Of a DNA stretch of 64,000 bases, positions 17,838 through 27,352 are shown one piece after another. The position numbers were made by a program, and so were the translations under genes. Within the stretch, counting starts at the first letter, position 1; each line of letters begins with the position of its first letter. A model generated the notes under the pieces. That model worked only from the letters and a program-made list of their open reading frames with translations, was not told where the DNA came from and did no database searches. The stretch is from Candidatus Kerfeldbacteria bacterium (GTDB lineage Bacteria > Patescibacteriota > Patescibacteriia > SBBC01 > CAIJZX01): NCBI GenBank assembly GCA_963731735.1, contig CAVSWO010000002.1, positions 692,257 to 756,256 of the forward strand. The letters run 5' to 3'.

Positions 17838-18896
17838 ATGAATAATACTCGTGGGTTACGGTTATTAGATGCATATGATTACGTGCTTCCGGATTGGCAA
17901 ATCGCCCAACAGCCGGCCAGTCCGCGCGATGCGGCCAAGCTACTAGTCTACGATCGCCAGTCCGGTGAAATGTGTGTTGACACCTTTCGACACCTGACAG
18001 ACTATCTCCCCAAACACGCGGTTCTGGTTTTCAATCAAAGCAAAGTTATTCCCGCCCGCGTGATCGCGAAAAAAGATACCGGTGGGAAAGTTGAACTGCT
18101 GATTTTGCGCTGGCAGGGGAGAAAGGTGACGGCTATTGCCGATCGCCGCCTCGCGCGCGGACAGACAGTCTCCATCGGGCCGAATGCGCTGGTGGTAACC
18201 GGTCAGCACGAAGCGGAATTTTCCTTGCAAATGAAATTTGCTCCGACCAGGTTCATGGCCGTGCTTGATCGCTACGGCGCGGCACCGATTCCGCCCTATA
18301 TCAAACACACGCCGCTGTCGCAGGCTAAACTTAAAAAAGAGTACCAAACAATTTTTGCCAAGCAGCCCGGTTCCGCCGCCGCGCCGACCGCTTCGTTGCA
18401 CTTTACCAACCGCTTACTGCGTCAAATACACGCCGCCGGAGTGGCATCAGCCTTCGTGACGCTCCACGTCGGGCTCGGAACTTTTGCGCCATTGAAATCC
18501 GAAAATCTCCAATCAGGCAAACTGCATGCGGAACAGTTCGAAATCTCGCCGGCGGCCGCGGCCCGCTTGAATCGATACAAGCAACAGGGTCGACCGATCA
18601 TCGCGGTTGGAACGACTGTCGCACGCACATTAGAATCAGCAACGCGCCTGCCTGCCGGACAGGCAGGCCGCGGCCGCCTCAGCCAATTGACTGGCGCCAC
18701 CCAACTCTTCATCCGTCCGGGGTATGGCTGGAAATTCGTTGATGGGTTAATTACCAATTTTCACGTGCCGCGATCGAGTTTGATGATGCTGGTGTCGGCC
18801 ATGACCGGACGTCAGGAATTACTGGCGCTGTACGAATTTGCTAAGCGCAAAAAATTCAGATTTTTCTCGTTCGGGGACGGGATGTTGGTGCGGTAG
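17838..18896 (+). CDS. queA: S-adenosylmethionine:tRNA ribosyltransferase-isomerase
   Basis: LLDAYDYVLPDWQIAQQPASPRD..KLLVY and C-terminal ..TNFHVPRSSLMMLVSA.. are QueA motifs. Confidence 0.9.
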   Translation: MNNTRGLRLLDAYDYVLPDWQIAQQPASPRDAAKLLVYDRQSGEMCVDTFRHLTDYLPKHAVLVFNQSKVIPARVIAKKDTGGKVELLILRWQGRKVTAIADRRLARGQTVSIGPNALVVTGQHEAEFSLQMKFAPTRFMAVLDRYGAAPIPPYIKHTPLSQAKLKKEYQTIFAKQPGSAAAPTASLHFTNRLLRQIHAAGVASAFVTLHVGLGTFAPLKSENLQSGKLHAEQFEISPAAAARLNRYKQQGRPIIAVGTTVARTLESATRLPAGQAGRGRLSQLTGATQLFIRPGYGWKFVDGLITNFHVPRSSLMMLVSAMTGRQELLALYEFAKRKKFRFFSFGDGMLVR

Positions 18897-18928
18897 CAGA
18901 TAATGCGTGTGCGTGATAAACTGCAGCT

Positions 18929-19510
18929 ATGGAGTCACGCAAAGTCTTGGCATTAGCCGGAAGCCTACGCAAAAACTCTTTCAATCGACGGGCCCTACGT
19001 ATCGCGATACGGCTGGCCGAAGCACAGGGAGCTACGGTGACGGAGCTCGACCTCAAGACGCTGGATTTGCCGCTGTATGACCAAGATATTCAAGACGCCG
19101 GTTTGCCGGAGTCGGTGCAGCAACTGAAGCGCATGGTTGAGGCCAGCGAAATGGTGATGATCGCGAGTCCGGAATACAATTATTCAATTCCGGGAGTCCT
19201 AAAAAATGCGCTCGATTGGGGTTCACGGCTGGGGAATAGCTGGAACGGCAAGACTACAGTTCTTTTTGGCGTCTCAAACGGCCGCTATGCGACGGTTCGC
19301 GGACAATTTCATTTACGACAGTCCATTACCGCCCTCAATATGTTAGCGCTTCCGCAGCCGATGGTGCTGGTCCCGAATGGCGATGACGCCTTCACCCCTG
19401 ACGGAGAATTTGTTGACCCGACCTTGACGGAACGGTTGAAAAAATTGATTGCCGCGACGCTAGCCATCACACCGGCTTTTCAGGCCTCACTGACTTTATC
19501 AAAACCCTAG
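18929..19510 (+). CDS. NADPH-dependent FMN reductase family oxidoreductase
   Basis: LALAGSLRKNSFNRRALRIA...MIASPEYNYSIPGVLKNALDW flavodoxin-like pattern. Confidence 0.8.
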   Translation: MESRKVLALAGSLRKNSFNRRALRIAIRLAEAQGATVTELDLKTLDLPLYDQDIQDAGLPESVQQLKRMVEASEMVMIASPEYNYSIPGVLKNALDWGSRLGNSWNGKTTVLFGVSNGRYATVRGQFHLRQSITALNMLALPQPMVLVPNGDDAFTPDGEFVDPTLTERLKKLIAATLAITPAFQASLTLSKP

Positions 19511-19512
19511 GT

Positions 19513-21348
19513 ATGACATCCAGTACAAAAATACGCCAACTCAATCAGCTAATTCGTTACCACCTGATCCGAATGACGACCGCGGCTGGATCGGGGCACT
19601 TGTCGTCATCGCTTTCGGCGGTTGAACTGATGACAGGTCTCATGTACTCCGGCGTCTTCCGGGCCGACCTCAAAAAACCCGACTACCCGAATAACGATCG
19701 GCTGATTTTTTCAAAGGGGCACGCGGCCCCATTACTCTATGCATTGTACGCCGTGGCCGGCGCGCTTCCCACCGCCCAGCTCACAACCCTGCGGAAATTT
19801 GGCAGTCCGCTGGAAGGCCATCCAATGCCTGAATTTCGCTATACCGAGGCTCCGACGGGCTCACTCGGGCAAGGGGTGTCTGTAGCCCTGGGAGAGGCAC
19901 TGGGGGCTAAATTAGGCCGTCTGAGCTACCATGTCTACTGTCTGCTGGGGGACTCGGAAATGGCCGAGGGGAGCGTCTGGGAGGCCATCCAGCTCGCGGG
20001 TTTTCGTCGGGTCGGGAACCTGATTGGGATAATTGATTTTAACCGACTAGGCCAATCCGGCGCGACCATGTACGGCCGGAATGCCCGTGGGTTAGCCAAA
20101 CGCATCCAAGCGTTTGGCTGGGAAGTGCTAGTTATCGACGGCCACGATATCACCCAAGTGCAAGCAGCCTATCGCAGGGCCCAGCAATCGAAATCTCGCC
20201 CGACCATGATCATTGGCCAGACCGTCAAGGGCAAAGGCGTAGCACTAATGGAAAATAAAAATGGTTGGCACGGAAAAGCGCTGACAAAGGAGCAGGCGGC
20301 GCAGGCTTTGGACGAGCTCGGACCGGTGGATCTGCGCCTGCGTGGCACGGTGGCCACGCCCTCGCGCCAACGGATGCATCTGCCTGCTAAAAATCCAGCT
20401 GGCAAAATGCACTACCGACGCGGTCAATCAATTGCGCCTCGCGCCGCGCTCGGGCGCGGCCTGGCCCGGCTAGCTCCGGCCGTTCCGGAACTGGTCGTGC
20501 TGGACGGTGAAGTCAAGAATTCGACCGATACCGAAATATTCGCAAAGAAATTTCCTTCACGCTTTATCGAAGGCTATATTGCCGAGCAAAATCTGGTTGG
20601 TATGTGCGGTGGTTTAGCCAAGCGGGGATGGCGACCGGTCTTCGCGACCTTTGCGGCCTTTTTAACGCGGGCGTATGACCAGTTACGGATGCAATCCTAC
20701 GCCGGAACTGACCAGGTCTATATCGGGACGCACGCTGGAGTCGAGATCGGCCAAGATGGCGTCTCGCAAATGGGTTTGCAGGACCTTGCTATGTTTCGGA
20801 CATTAGAAGACACCACGATACTCTATCCGAGTGACGCGGTGGCGTCGGAAAAATTATTGGAACAAGCACTACGAGCCAAAGGCACTGTTTATCTCCGCAC
20901 GACGCGCGGCGCCTTGCCGGTTCTGTATCCGAACAGCACCGCCTTCCCGGTTGGCGGCAGCCATGTGCTGCGAAAATCACCGAGGGATCGGTGTACAATT
21001 GTGACCGCCGGCGCGACCTTGCACGAAGCGTTGCAAGCCGCCGATGAACTGGCCGAGCAAAAAATCGCGGTTCGGGTGATTGATCTCTACTCGATTAAGC
21101 CGATTGATACCCAAACCCTCACGCGAGCGGTCCGGGACACCGGCCAGCTCTTGGTGGTTGAAGATCACTATCCCGAAGGCGGAATCGCGGAAGCCGTCCG
21201 CAGTGCGCTTGGGAAAAACGCTGGATCGGTTGTTTCGCTGGCAGTTATCAAAACGCCAACCAGCGGATCACCCAACCAACTCTATGCTTACGAAAACTTG
21301 GATGCGCGTTCGATTGCGCGGCGGGTACAACGGCTGATTCGATCATGA
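19513..21348 (+). CDS. transketolase, N- and C-terminal halves fused in one 611-aa ORF
   Basis: TPP-binding N-terminus (GSGHLSSSLSAVELMTGLMY, GDSEMAEGSVWEA). C-terminal pyrimidine-binding and transketolase-C region. Confidence 0.75.
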   Translation: MTSSTKIRQLNQLIRYHLIRMTTAAGSGHLSSSLSAVELMTGLMYSGVFRADLKKPDYPNNDRLIFSKGHAAPLLYALYAVAGALPTAQLTTLRKFGSPLEGHPMPEFRYTEAPTGSLGQGVSVALGEALGAKLGRLSYHVYCLLGDSEMAEGSVWEAIQLAGFRRVGNLIGIIDFNRLGQSGATMYGRNARGLAKRIQAFGWEVLVIDGHDITQVQAAYRRAQQSKSRPTMIIGQTVKGKGVALMENKNGWHGKALTKEQAAQALDELGPVDLRLRGTVATPSRQRMHLPAKNPAGKMHYRRGQSIAPRAALGRGLARLAPAVPELVVLDGEVKNSTDTEIFAKKFPSRFIEGYIAEQNLVGMCGGLAKRGWRPVFATFAAFLTRAYDQLRMQSYAGTDQVYIGTHAGVEIGQDGVSQMGLQDLAMFRTLEDTTILYPSDAVASEKLLEQALRAKGTVYLRTTRGALPVLYPNSTAFPVGGSHVLRKSPRDRCTIVTAGATLHEALQAADELAEQKIAVRVIDLYSIKPIDTQTLTRAVRDTGQLLVVEDHYPEGGIAEAVRSALGKNAGSVVSLAVIKTPTSGSPNQLYAYENLDARSIARRVQRLIRS

Positions 21349-22154
21349 ACCTCTTCCTGGCCGACATCGGAGCTACCAAGAGTCGATTCGCGCGATCTGA
21401 TGGCCGGCGATTGGGAAAAATCGTTACCTATCCGACCCCGCCGACGTGGAAGGCTGGCCGGGCACTGATTGCGCAAGCCGCTGAACAGCTCTTCGGGAAA
21501 CAAAAAATTTCGGCTGGGGTACTGGGGCTGCCCGGTGAACTCAACCCGACTCACACCAAGCTTGTTTCGGCCGGCAACCTCAAAGGCTGGGTGGGTCAGC
21601 CTATTCACGCCTGGGTAGGTTCCCATATCTGCGCCCGGGTGCAATTGGAAAATGATGCGCTCTTGAACGGATTGGGTGAAGCCATCTACGGCGCGGGGCG
21701 AGGGTATGCGATCGTGGGATTCTTGACGGTCAGCACCGGTATCAACGGGATTCGAATAGTCAATCAACGTCCGGACGTGCGCGGGTTTGCCATGGAATTG
21801 CGGCATATGTTGGTGCACCACCACGGCGAAAACTTGACGCTCGGCCAATCTATTTCCGGGCGAGCCATCGCGCTCCGTCACGGCAATCGCCCGGCTGATC
21901 GAATAAAAAATCGAGGGGTGTGGTCGCGAGCGGTCAGTACCTTAGCCACGGCCGTGATCAATTTGGAGTTGGCCTGGACGCCGAACATCATGGTACTGGG
22001 CGGACCGGTGCTTGAATCGTTATCGATGCTCAAACTGCGCCAAGCAATTCGAACCAAATGGCGGCATCACGCGCCCCCGCCGCGGTTAGTGCGGGGGAGT
22101 CTGGGTGATCGTTCGGGACTGTATGGCGCCCTGGCGCTTGCGCGTCAACGCTAA
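21345..22154 (+). CDS. ROK/BadF-type sugar kinase family protein
   Basis: N-terminal ATPase motif LADIGATKSRFA and a second glycine-rich region. Confidence 0.5.
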   Translation: MNLFLADIGATKSRFARSDGRRLGKIVTYPTPPTWKAGRALIAQAAEQLFGKQKISAGVLGLPGELNPTHTKLVSAGNLKGWVGQPIHAWVGSHICARVQLENDALLNGLGEAIYGAGRGYAIVGFLTVSTGINGIRIVNQRPDVRGFAMELRHMLVHHHGENLTLGQSISGRAIALRHGNRPADRIKNRGVWSRAVSTLATAVINLELAWTPNIMVLGGPVLESLSMLKLRQAIRTKWRHHAPPPRLVRGSLGDRSGLYGALALARQR

Positions 22155-22217
22155 TATGCTACCGTAGAAGGACTTCACATGTATCCGGCGCCACCGGCGC
22201 CGAAAGGAGGTGAGGGT

Positions 22218-22319
22218 ATGGAACAATGTCCAATGTGCGGGGCCGAAGTCGAAGACATGGAAAAGCACAAAATGGAGGTCCACCCGGAACACGGGGGCGA
22301 TGACGAAGCCGAAGGCTAA
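22218..22319 (+). CDS. small zinc-ribbon-like protein (33 aa, MEQCPMCGAEVEDMEKHKMEVHPEHGGDDEAEG)
   Basis: Not in the ORF track (under 60 aa). Strong RBS aaaggaggtgag 7 nt upstream. Motif CPMCG...HxxxxH. Confidence 0.4.
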   Translation: MEQCPMCGAEVEDMEKHKMEVHPEHGGDDEAEG

Positions 22320-22418
22320 CGTCGGCAAAGAAGCCTCGACGAATGCACGGGGCTTTTTTGATGGAACAGGCCCTTGTCAGGAAGGAATCAGGGTGGTAGA
22401 GTAGCCCTGCTTTTGTAT

Positions 22419-22667
22419 CGGGGTGTGGCACAGTTTCCCGACGGAAGTCGGGATAAAGTCCGCGCTCAACCTGTCCCGCAAAACTCGATTTTTTTCTGCC
22501 ACCGTGGGCGGGGTGTGGCGCAGTTGGTAGCGCGCATCGTTCGGGACGATGAGGCCGTGGGTTCAAGTCCCGCCACCCCGACCACGGTGGCAAAAGAAAA
22601 CATAGACGTGTTTGATGCGGGATTCGGGACGATGAGGCCGTGGGTTCAAGTCATATTAACCCGACCA
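22419..22667 (+). repeat. partial tRNA-Pro copies flanking the intact gene: 15-nt 5' fragment (22419-22433, 1 mismatch) and a 3' fragment from anticodon loop to T-loop (22623-22652) plus shared cccgacca (22660-22667)
   Basis: Read directly. The 3' fragment diverges only in the T-stem 3' strand (atattaa versus ccgccac). Confidence 0.65.
22509..22581 (+). tRNA. tRNA-Pro (anticodon CGG); CCA encoded at 22582-22584
   Basis: Acceptor cggggtg/caccccg, anticodon loop ttCGGga, T-arm gtggg-ttcaagt-cccgc. The leader gccaccg pairs with the trailer cggtggc. Confidence 0.8.
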
Positions 22668-22909
22668 AACAACTCAACGGGACTTTACAGAATGTAGCCG
22701 ATTTTGTTATACCGAAATCGTTAGGACTTGAAGGGCCGAGGACGGCTGCCGGTGGCAGGCGACCGCAGGCCCGGGCTTGGCCGGAGCGACGAGCGGGAAC
22801 CTCGACGGGGTCGCGAGGAGCAAAGGAAAAGAAGTCTCGCCACCCGACCAAGAACTTGATTTTATTTATCGCACGGCGTAGACTTACGGCTACGCATTTT
22901 TTGCGTTCT

Positions 22910-23602
22910 ATGGTTACTCATCACGGCGTCAAACACCTCGGAATCATCATGGACGGCAACCGCCGGTGGGCGCGTAAACGCGGCCTGCCGACGCTTTTCG
23001 GGCACCAAAAAGGATACGATAATTTTAAGCGCGTCGGCGACTGGTGCCTGGAACGCGGGATTGAAGTCATGACTGTCTTCGCGTTTTCGACCGAAAATTG
23101 GAAGCGCTCCAAACGGGAAGTCAGTTACTTGATGCGACTGTTAGAAATCGCGGTCACCCGGGATTTAGACGAGCTGCATCGCAAGAATATTCGATTATCG
23201 GTTATTGGCCGGGTGTCTGAACTTCCGAAGCGGCTCCAACACCACATCCGCCACGCCATGCAAAAAACCAAGCATAATACCCGCGGCACTCTGCAGCTGG
23301 CTATTAATTACGGCGGACGGGCGGAAATCGTTGATGCCGTCAAAAAAATTTACCGAACCGCCAAATCGGCTTCGCATATTTCCGAAGCTTCAATCAGCCA
23401 AGCGCTGTATACCGCCAATCAACCAGATCCGGATATGATCATCCGGACTTCGGGCGAAATGCGAACCAGCGGCTTTTTGGCCTGGCAGGGCGTTTACAGC
23501 GAACTCTACTTCACCAAAAAAATGTGGCCGGAATTTTCGGAACACGACCTGGATGTCGCCCTCCAAGAGTTTAAAAACCGGCAACGTCGTTTCGGAAAAT
23601 AG
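22910..23602 (+). CDS. uppS: isoprenyl transferase (undecaprenyl diphosphate synthase)
   Basis: HLGIIMDGNRRWA, FAFSTENWKRS and RTSGEMRTSGFLAWQ motifs. The ORF-track start 22640 lies inside a tRNA fragment; the ATG at 22910 (MVTHHGVKHLG) is the real start. Confidence 0.9.
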   Translation: MVTHHGVKHLGIIMDGNRRWARKRGLPTLFGHQKGYDNFKRVGDWCLERGIEVMTVFAFSTENWKRSKREVSYLMRLLEIAVTRDLDELHRKNIRLSVIGRVSELPKRLQHHIRHAMQKTKHNTRGTLQLAINYGGRAEIVDAVKKIYRTAKSASHISEASISQALYTANQPDPDMIIRTSGEMRTSGFLAWQGVYSELYFTKKMWPEFSEHDLDVALQEFKNRQRRFGK

Positions 23603-23687
23603 TCGGGAAGGGACGCACGTCCGGCCCGAATCTTGGGGCCGTTTTTGGTGCCCGGCAAAACCTGAAAATGTGGTATACTATCGGGTG

Positions 23688-24974
23688 ATGGCCGACTTGT
23701 TTACCGCGCAGTTTCAGGAGGATATCGCGAGCCAGGCGCCGCTGGCCGATCGGATGCGACCGAAGACGCTGGCCGACTTTGTGGGGCAGGAGACGGTGGT
23801 TGGAGCCAAGACGTTGTTGCGTCGGGCGATAGAGAACGACGAAATTTTTTCGATGATTTTATGGGGGCCGCCGGGTTCCGGAAAAACCACCTTGGCCAAA
23901 ATCATCGCCGGACTGACCAAATCGCACTTTGTGTTTCTGTCGGGCGTGATGAGCGCCAAAAGCGATTTACTGGCGGCCGTGACCGAGGCCCAAGAACGGC
24001 GCAAGTTGCATCGTCAACGCACAATTTTATTTGTCGACGAAATTCATCGCTGGAATAAAGCCCAGCAGGACGCCTTGCTTCCTTACGTCGAAAACGGGAC
24101 CGTCACCATGATCGGTGCGACCACGGAAAATCCGAGTTTTGAAGTCATCGGCCCATTGCTGTCCCGCAGCAAAGTTTTTGTGCTGGAACGCTTACAGTCG
24201 GAGCACCTGAAAAAAATTCTGACGCAAACCCTGGCCGATGAAAAGCGCGGATACGGCAAAGTGCCGATTACCCTTGAGCCGAAGGCGCTTGAACTGCTGG
24301 CCACGGCGGCCAATGGCGACGCGCGGACGGCCTTGAATACGCTGGAGCTTGCCATCAAATCCACTCCGGCCAAGCAAGGTCGACAAACGGTCACCGCCGC
24401 GACGGTCGCCGAGGCTTTCCAAAAACCACACTTGCTGCATGACAAACACGGCGAGGAGCATTACAATATCATCTCGGCGTACATTAAGTCGATGCGCGGG
24501 TCCGATCCGGATGCAGCCTTGTATTGGTTGGGACGCATGATCGAAGCCGGGGAAGATCCGTTGTTCCTGGCCCGTCGGATGGTCATTTTTGCTTCGGAAG
24601 ACGTCTCGATGGCGGACAGCCAAGCCTTGCCGCTGGCGATGGCCTGTTTTGAAGCCTGTGATCGAATCGGGTTGCCCGAATGCGTCATTCCCTTAGCCCA
24701 TGTGACGGTCTATTTAGCGACCTGCCCAAAATCCAACGAGACGTACGTCGCCTATGGCAAGGCGGTGGCTGATGTGCAGGCCAGTCTGAACGCACCAGTT
24801 CCGCTCCATTTACGTAACGCGCCGACCAAGTTGATGCGGGACCTGGGGTATCATCACGGCTATAAATATTCCCATGACTTTGATCAGGAAACCGGCCAAC
24901 AGCAATATCTTCCGGATGATCTCGCCGACCATACCTACTATACCCCGATCAAAAATCCGTTTCGAAAATCATGA
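23688..24974 (+). CDS. rarA: replication-associated recombination protein A (AAA+ ATPase)
   Basis: Walker A GPPGSGKTT, Walker B LFVDEIHR, MgsA C-terminal domain. TGgTATACT lies 8 nt upstream of the ATG. Confidence 0.9.
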   Translation: MADLFTAQFQEDIASQAPLADRMRPKTLADFVGQETVVGAKTLLRRAIENDEIFSMILWGPPGSGKTTLAKIIAGLTKSHFVFLSGVMSAKSDLLAAVTEAQERRKLHRQRTILFVDEIHRWNKAQQDALLPYVENGTVTMIGATTENPSFEVIGPLLSRSKVFVLERLQSEHLKKILTQTLADEKRGYGKVPITLEPKALELLATAANGDARTALNTLELAIKSTPAKQGRQTVTAATVAEAFQKPHLLHDKHGEEHYNIISAYIKSMRGSDPDAALYWLGRMIEAGEDPLFLARRMVIFASEDVSMADSQALPLAMACFEACDRIGLPECVIPLAHVTVYLATCPKSNETYVAYGKAVADVQASLNAPVPLHLRNAPTKLMRDLGYHHGYKYSHDFDQETGQQQYLPDDLADHTYYTPIKNPFRKS

Positions 24975-25720
24975 TTCACTTCAAACCATTTAAATTTGGT
25001 CGCCCGGAATACATCTTCCTCTCGGTTTTTCTCGGGTTGACGATCCTGACGATCGGGGCAGCTAACATTCCGGCTTTTGCCAACTGGTATCAGCATGTCA
25101 ATGCGGTCTGGAGTGATTGGGCGATTACCTATGGCTACTGGGGGGCCTTTCTGGCGTCGTTTGTGGGCAGCATCACGGTGGTGTTTATATTTCCATATAC
25201 GCTGATTGTTTTTTTTCTGGCCACCCAAGGCTTAGACCTGGCCTGGCTAGGGATTATGATGGGCCTGGGGGCAGCGATTGGCCAAATGTCCGGGTATCTC
25301 ATTGGACTCTGGGGAGCGGGAGCCTTTCAGCGCAGCCGCCCGACCGAATATGATGCGATGGAACGAATCGTAGCCTTTCGCCCGAAATTAGTTTTGTGGC
25401 TGCTGTTCGTGTTCGCGGTCACCCCGTTACCCGATGATGTCCTGTTTATTCCGCTCGGCATGCTCCGCTATCCGTGGTGGAAAGTCTTTTTGCCGACCGT
25501 CGCGGGTAAAGTAATCACGGGCTTTATTGTCACCTACTCCAGTCTGGCTTTCCCGCACCTCTTTTCCTTAGACTCCGCCCCGACCCTGGGCGCTTTGATT
25601 AATCAAATCGGCTCCTACTTTACGATTATCGCGCTGCTGTACCTGATCTTTAAACTTGATTGGACGCGCATGATGCATCGACTATTAGACGGTCATCCGT
25701 CACAAACGCCAACCGCATGA
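24971..25720 (+). CDS. DedA/TVP38 (VTT-domain) family membrane protein
   Basis: Multi-TM protein with a VTT-like re-entrant motif (..FIFPYTLIVFFLATQG.., ..VTPLPDDVLFIPLG..). Confidence 0.5.
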   Translation: MIHFKPFKFGRPEYIFLSVFLGLTILTIGAANIPAFANWYQHVNAVWSDWAITYGYWGAFLASFVGSITVVFIFPYTLIVFFLATQGLDLAWLGIMMGLGAAIGQMSGYLIGLWGAGAFQRSRPTEYDAMERIVAFRPKLVLWLLFVFAVTPLPDDVLFIPLGMLRYPWWKVFLPTVAGKVITGFIVTYSSLAFPHLFSLDSAPTLGALINQIGSYFTIIALLYLIFKLDWTRMMHRLLDGHPSQTPTA

Positions 25721-26040
25721 CCCGCGAACGCTGGGACGAATTTGTCGGTCGAGTCAAGGATAAGTTTACGGTTATCACCCAGGGAACCGAACCGCGCGAC
25801 GAAGGTGAGCCGGGTGGCATCGAATTTCTTGAATTTGAAAGCCCGCTGGGTGTTATTCGCTGTGAATATGAATGGCATCCGAAGATTATCGGGAAACGCG
25901 CCCTCGGCGGGCACAAGGTTGGCGTCGGGGGTCGGGTGAAATATGAATATGATCCCCATGAAACCACCGGCCAATTAACCGTCTTACAAGCGGCTGGCGA
26001 CGAGTGGCAGGAAATTGACGCCGGGATGTTCGCGGGCTAA
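25717..26040 (+). CDS. hypothetical protein (107 aa), no family recognised
   Basis: ORF with ATGA overlap to the upstream gene. Acidic soluble protein. Confidence 0.35.
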   Translation: MTRERWDEFVGRVKDKFTVITQGTEPRDEGEPGGIEFLEFESPLGVIRCEYEWHPKIIGKRALGGHKVGVGGRVKYEYDPHETTGQLTVLQAAGDEWQEIDAGMFAG

Positions 26041-26045
26041 GTCCG

Positions 26046-26912
26046 ATGCCAGAACTGCCTGAAGTCGAAACTATCACCCGCGAGCTGCAGCGCGTCCTGC
26101 CGGGACGGAAAATCCGGCAGGTGACGGTCGGCTTGCCGAAGATTGTTCAACTGCCGCTCGCCAAGTTTCGGAAGCAGCTGCTCGGCGCCCGCATTCGTCG
26201 AGTTCATCGCCGGGCGAAATTAGTGTTGATCGCGTTGTCGAACGGGCAGACGATAATCATCCATTTGAAAATGTCTGGCCAGCTAATCTGGCAAGACTCG
26301 AAAGATCATCAAGTTGTCGGCGGTCATCCAATTCCGGGTGGAACGCTCAACCTTCCGAATCGGTACAGCCACGTGATTCTGCAGCTGCGCGGCGGGACGC
26401 TCTTTTTTAACGATCAGCGGCAATTCGGATTCGTGCGCCTGGTACCGACCCGGGAGCTTGAAGCCTGGCTCGAAGCGCATGGGTACGGACCGGAGCCGTT
26501 AGCAGATGATTTTACCTTGGTGCTCTTCCTGCAGATACTCAAACGGCACCGCGCCAAGCGCATCAAACCGACGCTGATGGATCAAACGGTGATTGCCGGC
26601 ATCGGAAACATTTATGCCGATGAAGCGTGTCATTTCGCCAAAATCCGACCGAGTCGGAGGATCGGCAGCTTATCGGTTCGTGAACGCCGCGCACTCTGGC
26701 AGGGGATTCGTCATGTCCTGCGGCTTTCCATCAAACACCACGGCACATCATCGTCGGACTACCGCCGATCGAACGGACAGCAGGGGAGTATGAACAAATT
26801 TCTGCGCGTCTACGGACGGACGGGGTTGCCGTGTCGTCGGTGTGGACACCTGATCGTGAAAACCGTGCTGGCCCAGCGCGGGACGCACTACTGTCCGCAC
26901 TGTCAGCGCTAG
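26046..26912 (+). CDS. mutM: formamidopyrimidine-DNA glycosylase
   Basis: MPELPEVETI N-terminus (catalytic P2, E3), H2TH region, C-terminal zinc finger CRRCG...CPHCQ. Confidence 0.95.
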   Translation: MPELPEVETITRELQRVLPGRKIRQVTVGLPKIVQLPLAKFRKQLLGARIRRVHRRAKLVLIALSNGQTIIIHLKMSGQLIWQDSKDHQVVGGHPIPGGTLNLPNRYSHVILQLRGGTLFFNDQRQFGFVRLVPTRELEAWLEAHGYGPEPLADDFTLVLFLQILKRHRAKRIKPTLMDQTVIAGIGNIYADEACHFAKIRPSRRIGSLSVRERRALWQGIRHVLRLSIKHHGTSSSDYRRSNGQQGSMNKFLRVYGRTGLPCRRCGHLIVKTVLAQRGTHYCPHCQR

Positions 26913-27352
26913 AACCAGCGGTCCGGTAACCAGTACCACAGGCCCCAGGCCAGGACGAAGCCAATAATGCCGCCGACCAGGGCTTGGAGCGGCGTATGGC
27001 CGATCCGTTCGATCATCTTCGGCTGGTCTTTCAGATCGCTGGGGTGTTCACGCAGGAGGACATTCAGGACTTTGCCGTGCTGGCCGAGAAAACGCCGCAA
27101 CCCGATAGCGTCCCGGATTATCAGCAGCGAGAATATGAATGAAATTGCAAACGCGGGAGACCGCCATCCTTCCGACAGGCCAATCGCGGTTGTCAGGGAA
27201 ACCACAAAGGCGGTGTGGGCGGAGGGCATGCCGCCGTACTCCCGGATCGAGGTCCAGGTAAATTCTCCTTTGACGCCTTCTATGATAAACTTAATCAGTT
27301 GGGCTGAAATCCCGGCAATCAGTGAAATAATGACGAGTTTAGGAATATCCAT
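26909..27352 (-). CDS. divergent PAP2 (DUF212/PF02681) family membrane protein
   Basis: YGGMPSAHTAFVVSL motif and four TM helices. Confidence 0.75.
   Translation of the reverse strand: MDIPKLVIISLIAGISAQLIKFIIEGVKGEFTWTSIREYGGMPSAHTAFVVSLTTAIGLSEGWRSPAFAISFIFSLLIIRDAIGLRRFLGQHGKVLNVLLREHPSDLKDQPKMIERIGHTPLQALVGGIIGFVLAWGLWYWLPDRWF

Noticed and set aside
22441-22500. RNase P RNA P4-like motif (gggataaagtccg)
   Set aside because: Only a short partial resemblance to GGAAAGUCCGG. The region is far too short and lacks the other conserved RNase P elements.
22159-22593. Minus-strand 144-aa ORF and plus-strand 107-aa ORF across the tRNA-Pro locus
   Set aside because: They overlap tRNA-Pro and its fragments, have no RBS, and have aberrant composition.
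22640-22909. ORF-track start of uppS at 22640 (MGSSHINPTKQ...)
   Set aside because: That ATG lies inside the tRNA-Pro 3' fragment. UppS homology begins at MVTHHG (22910).
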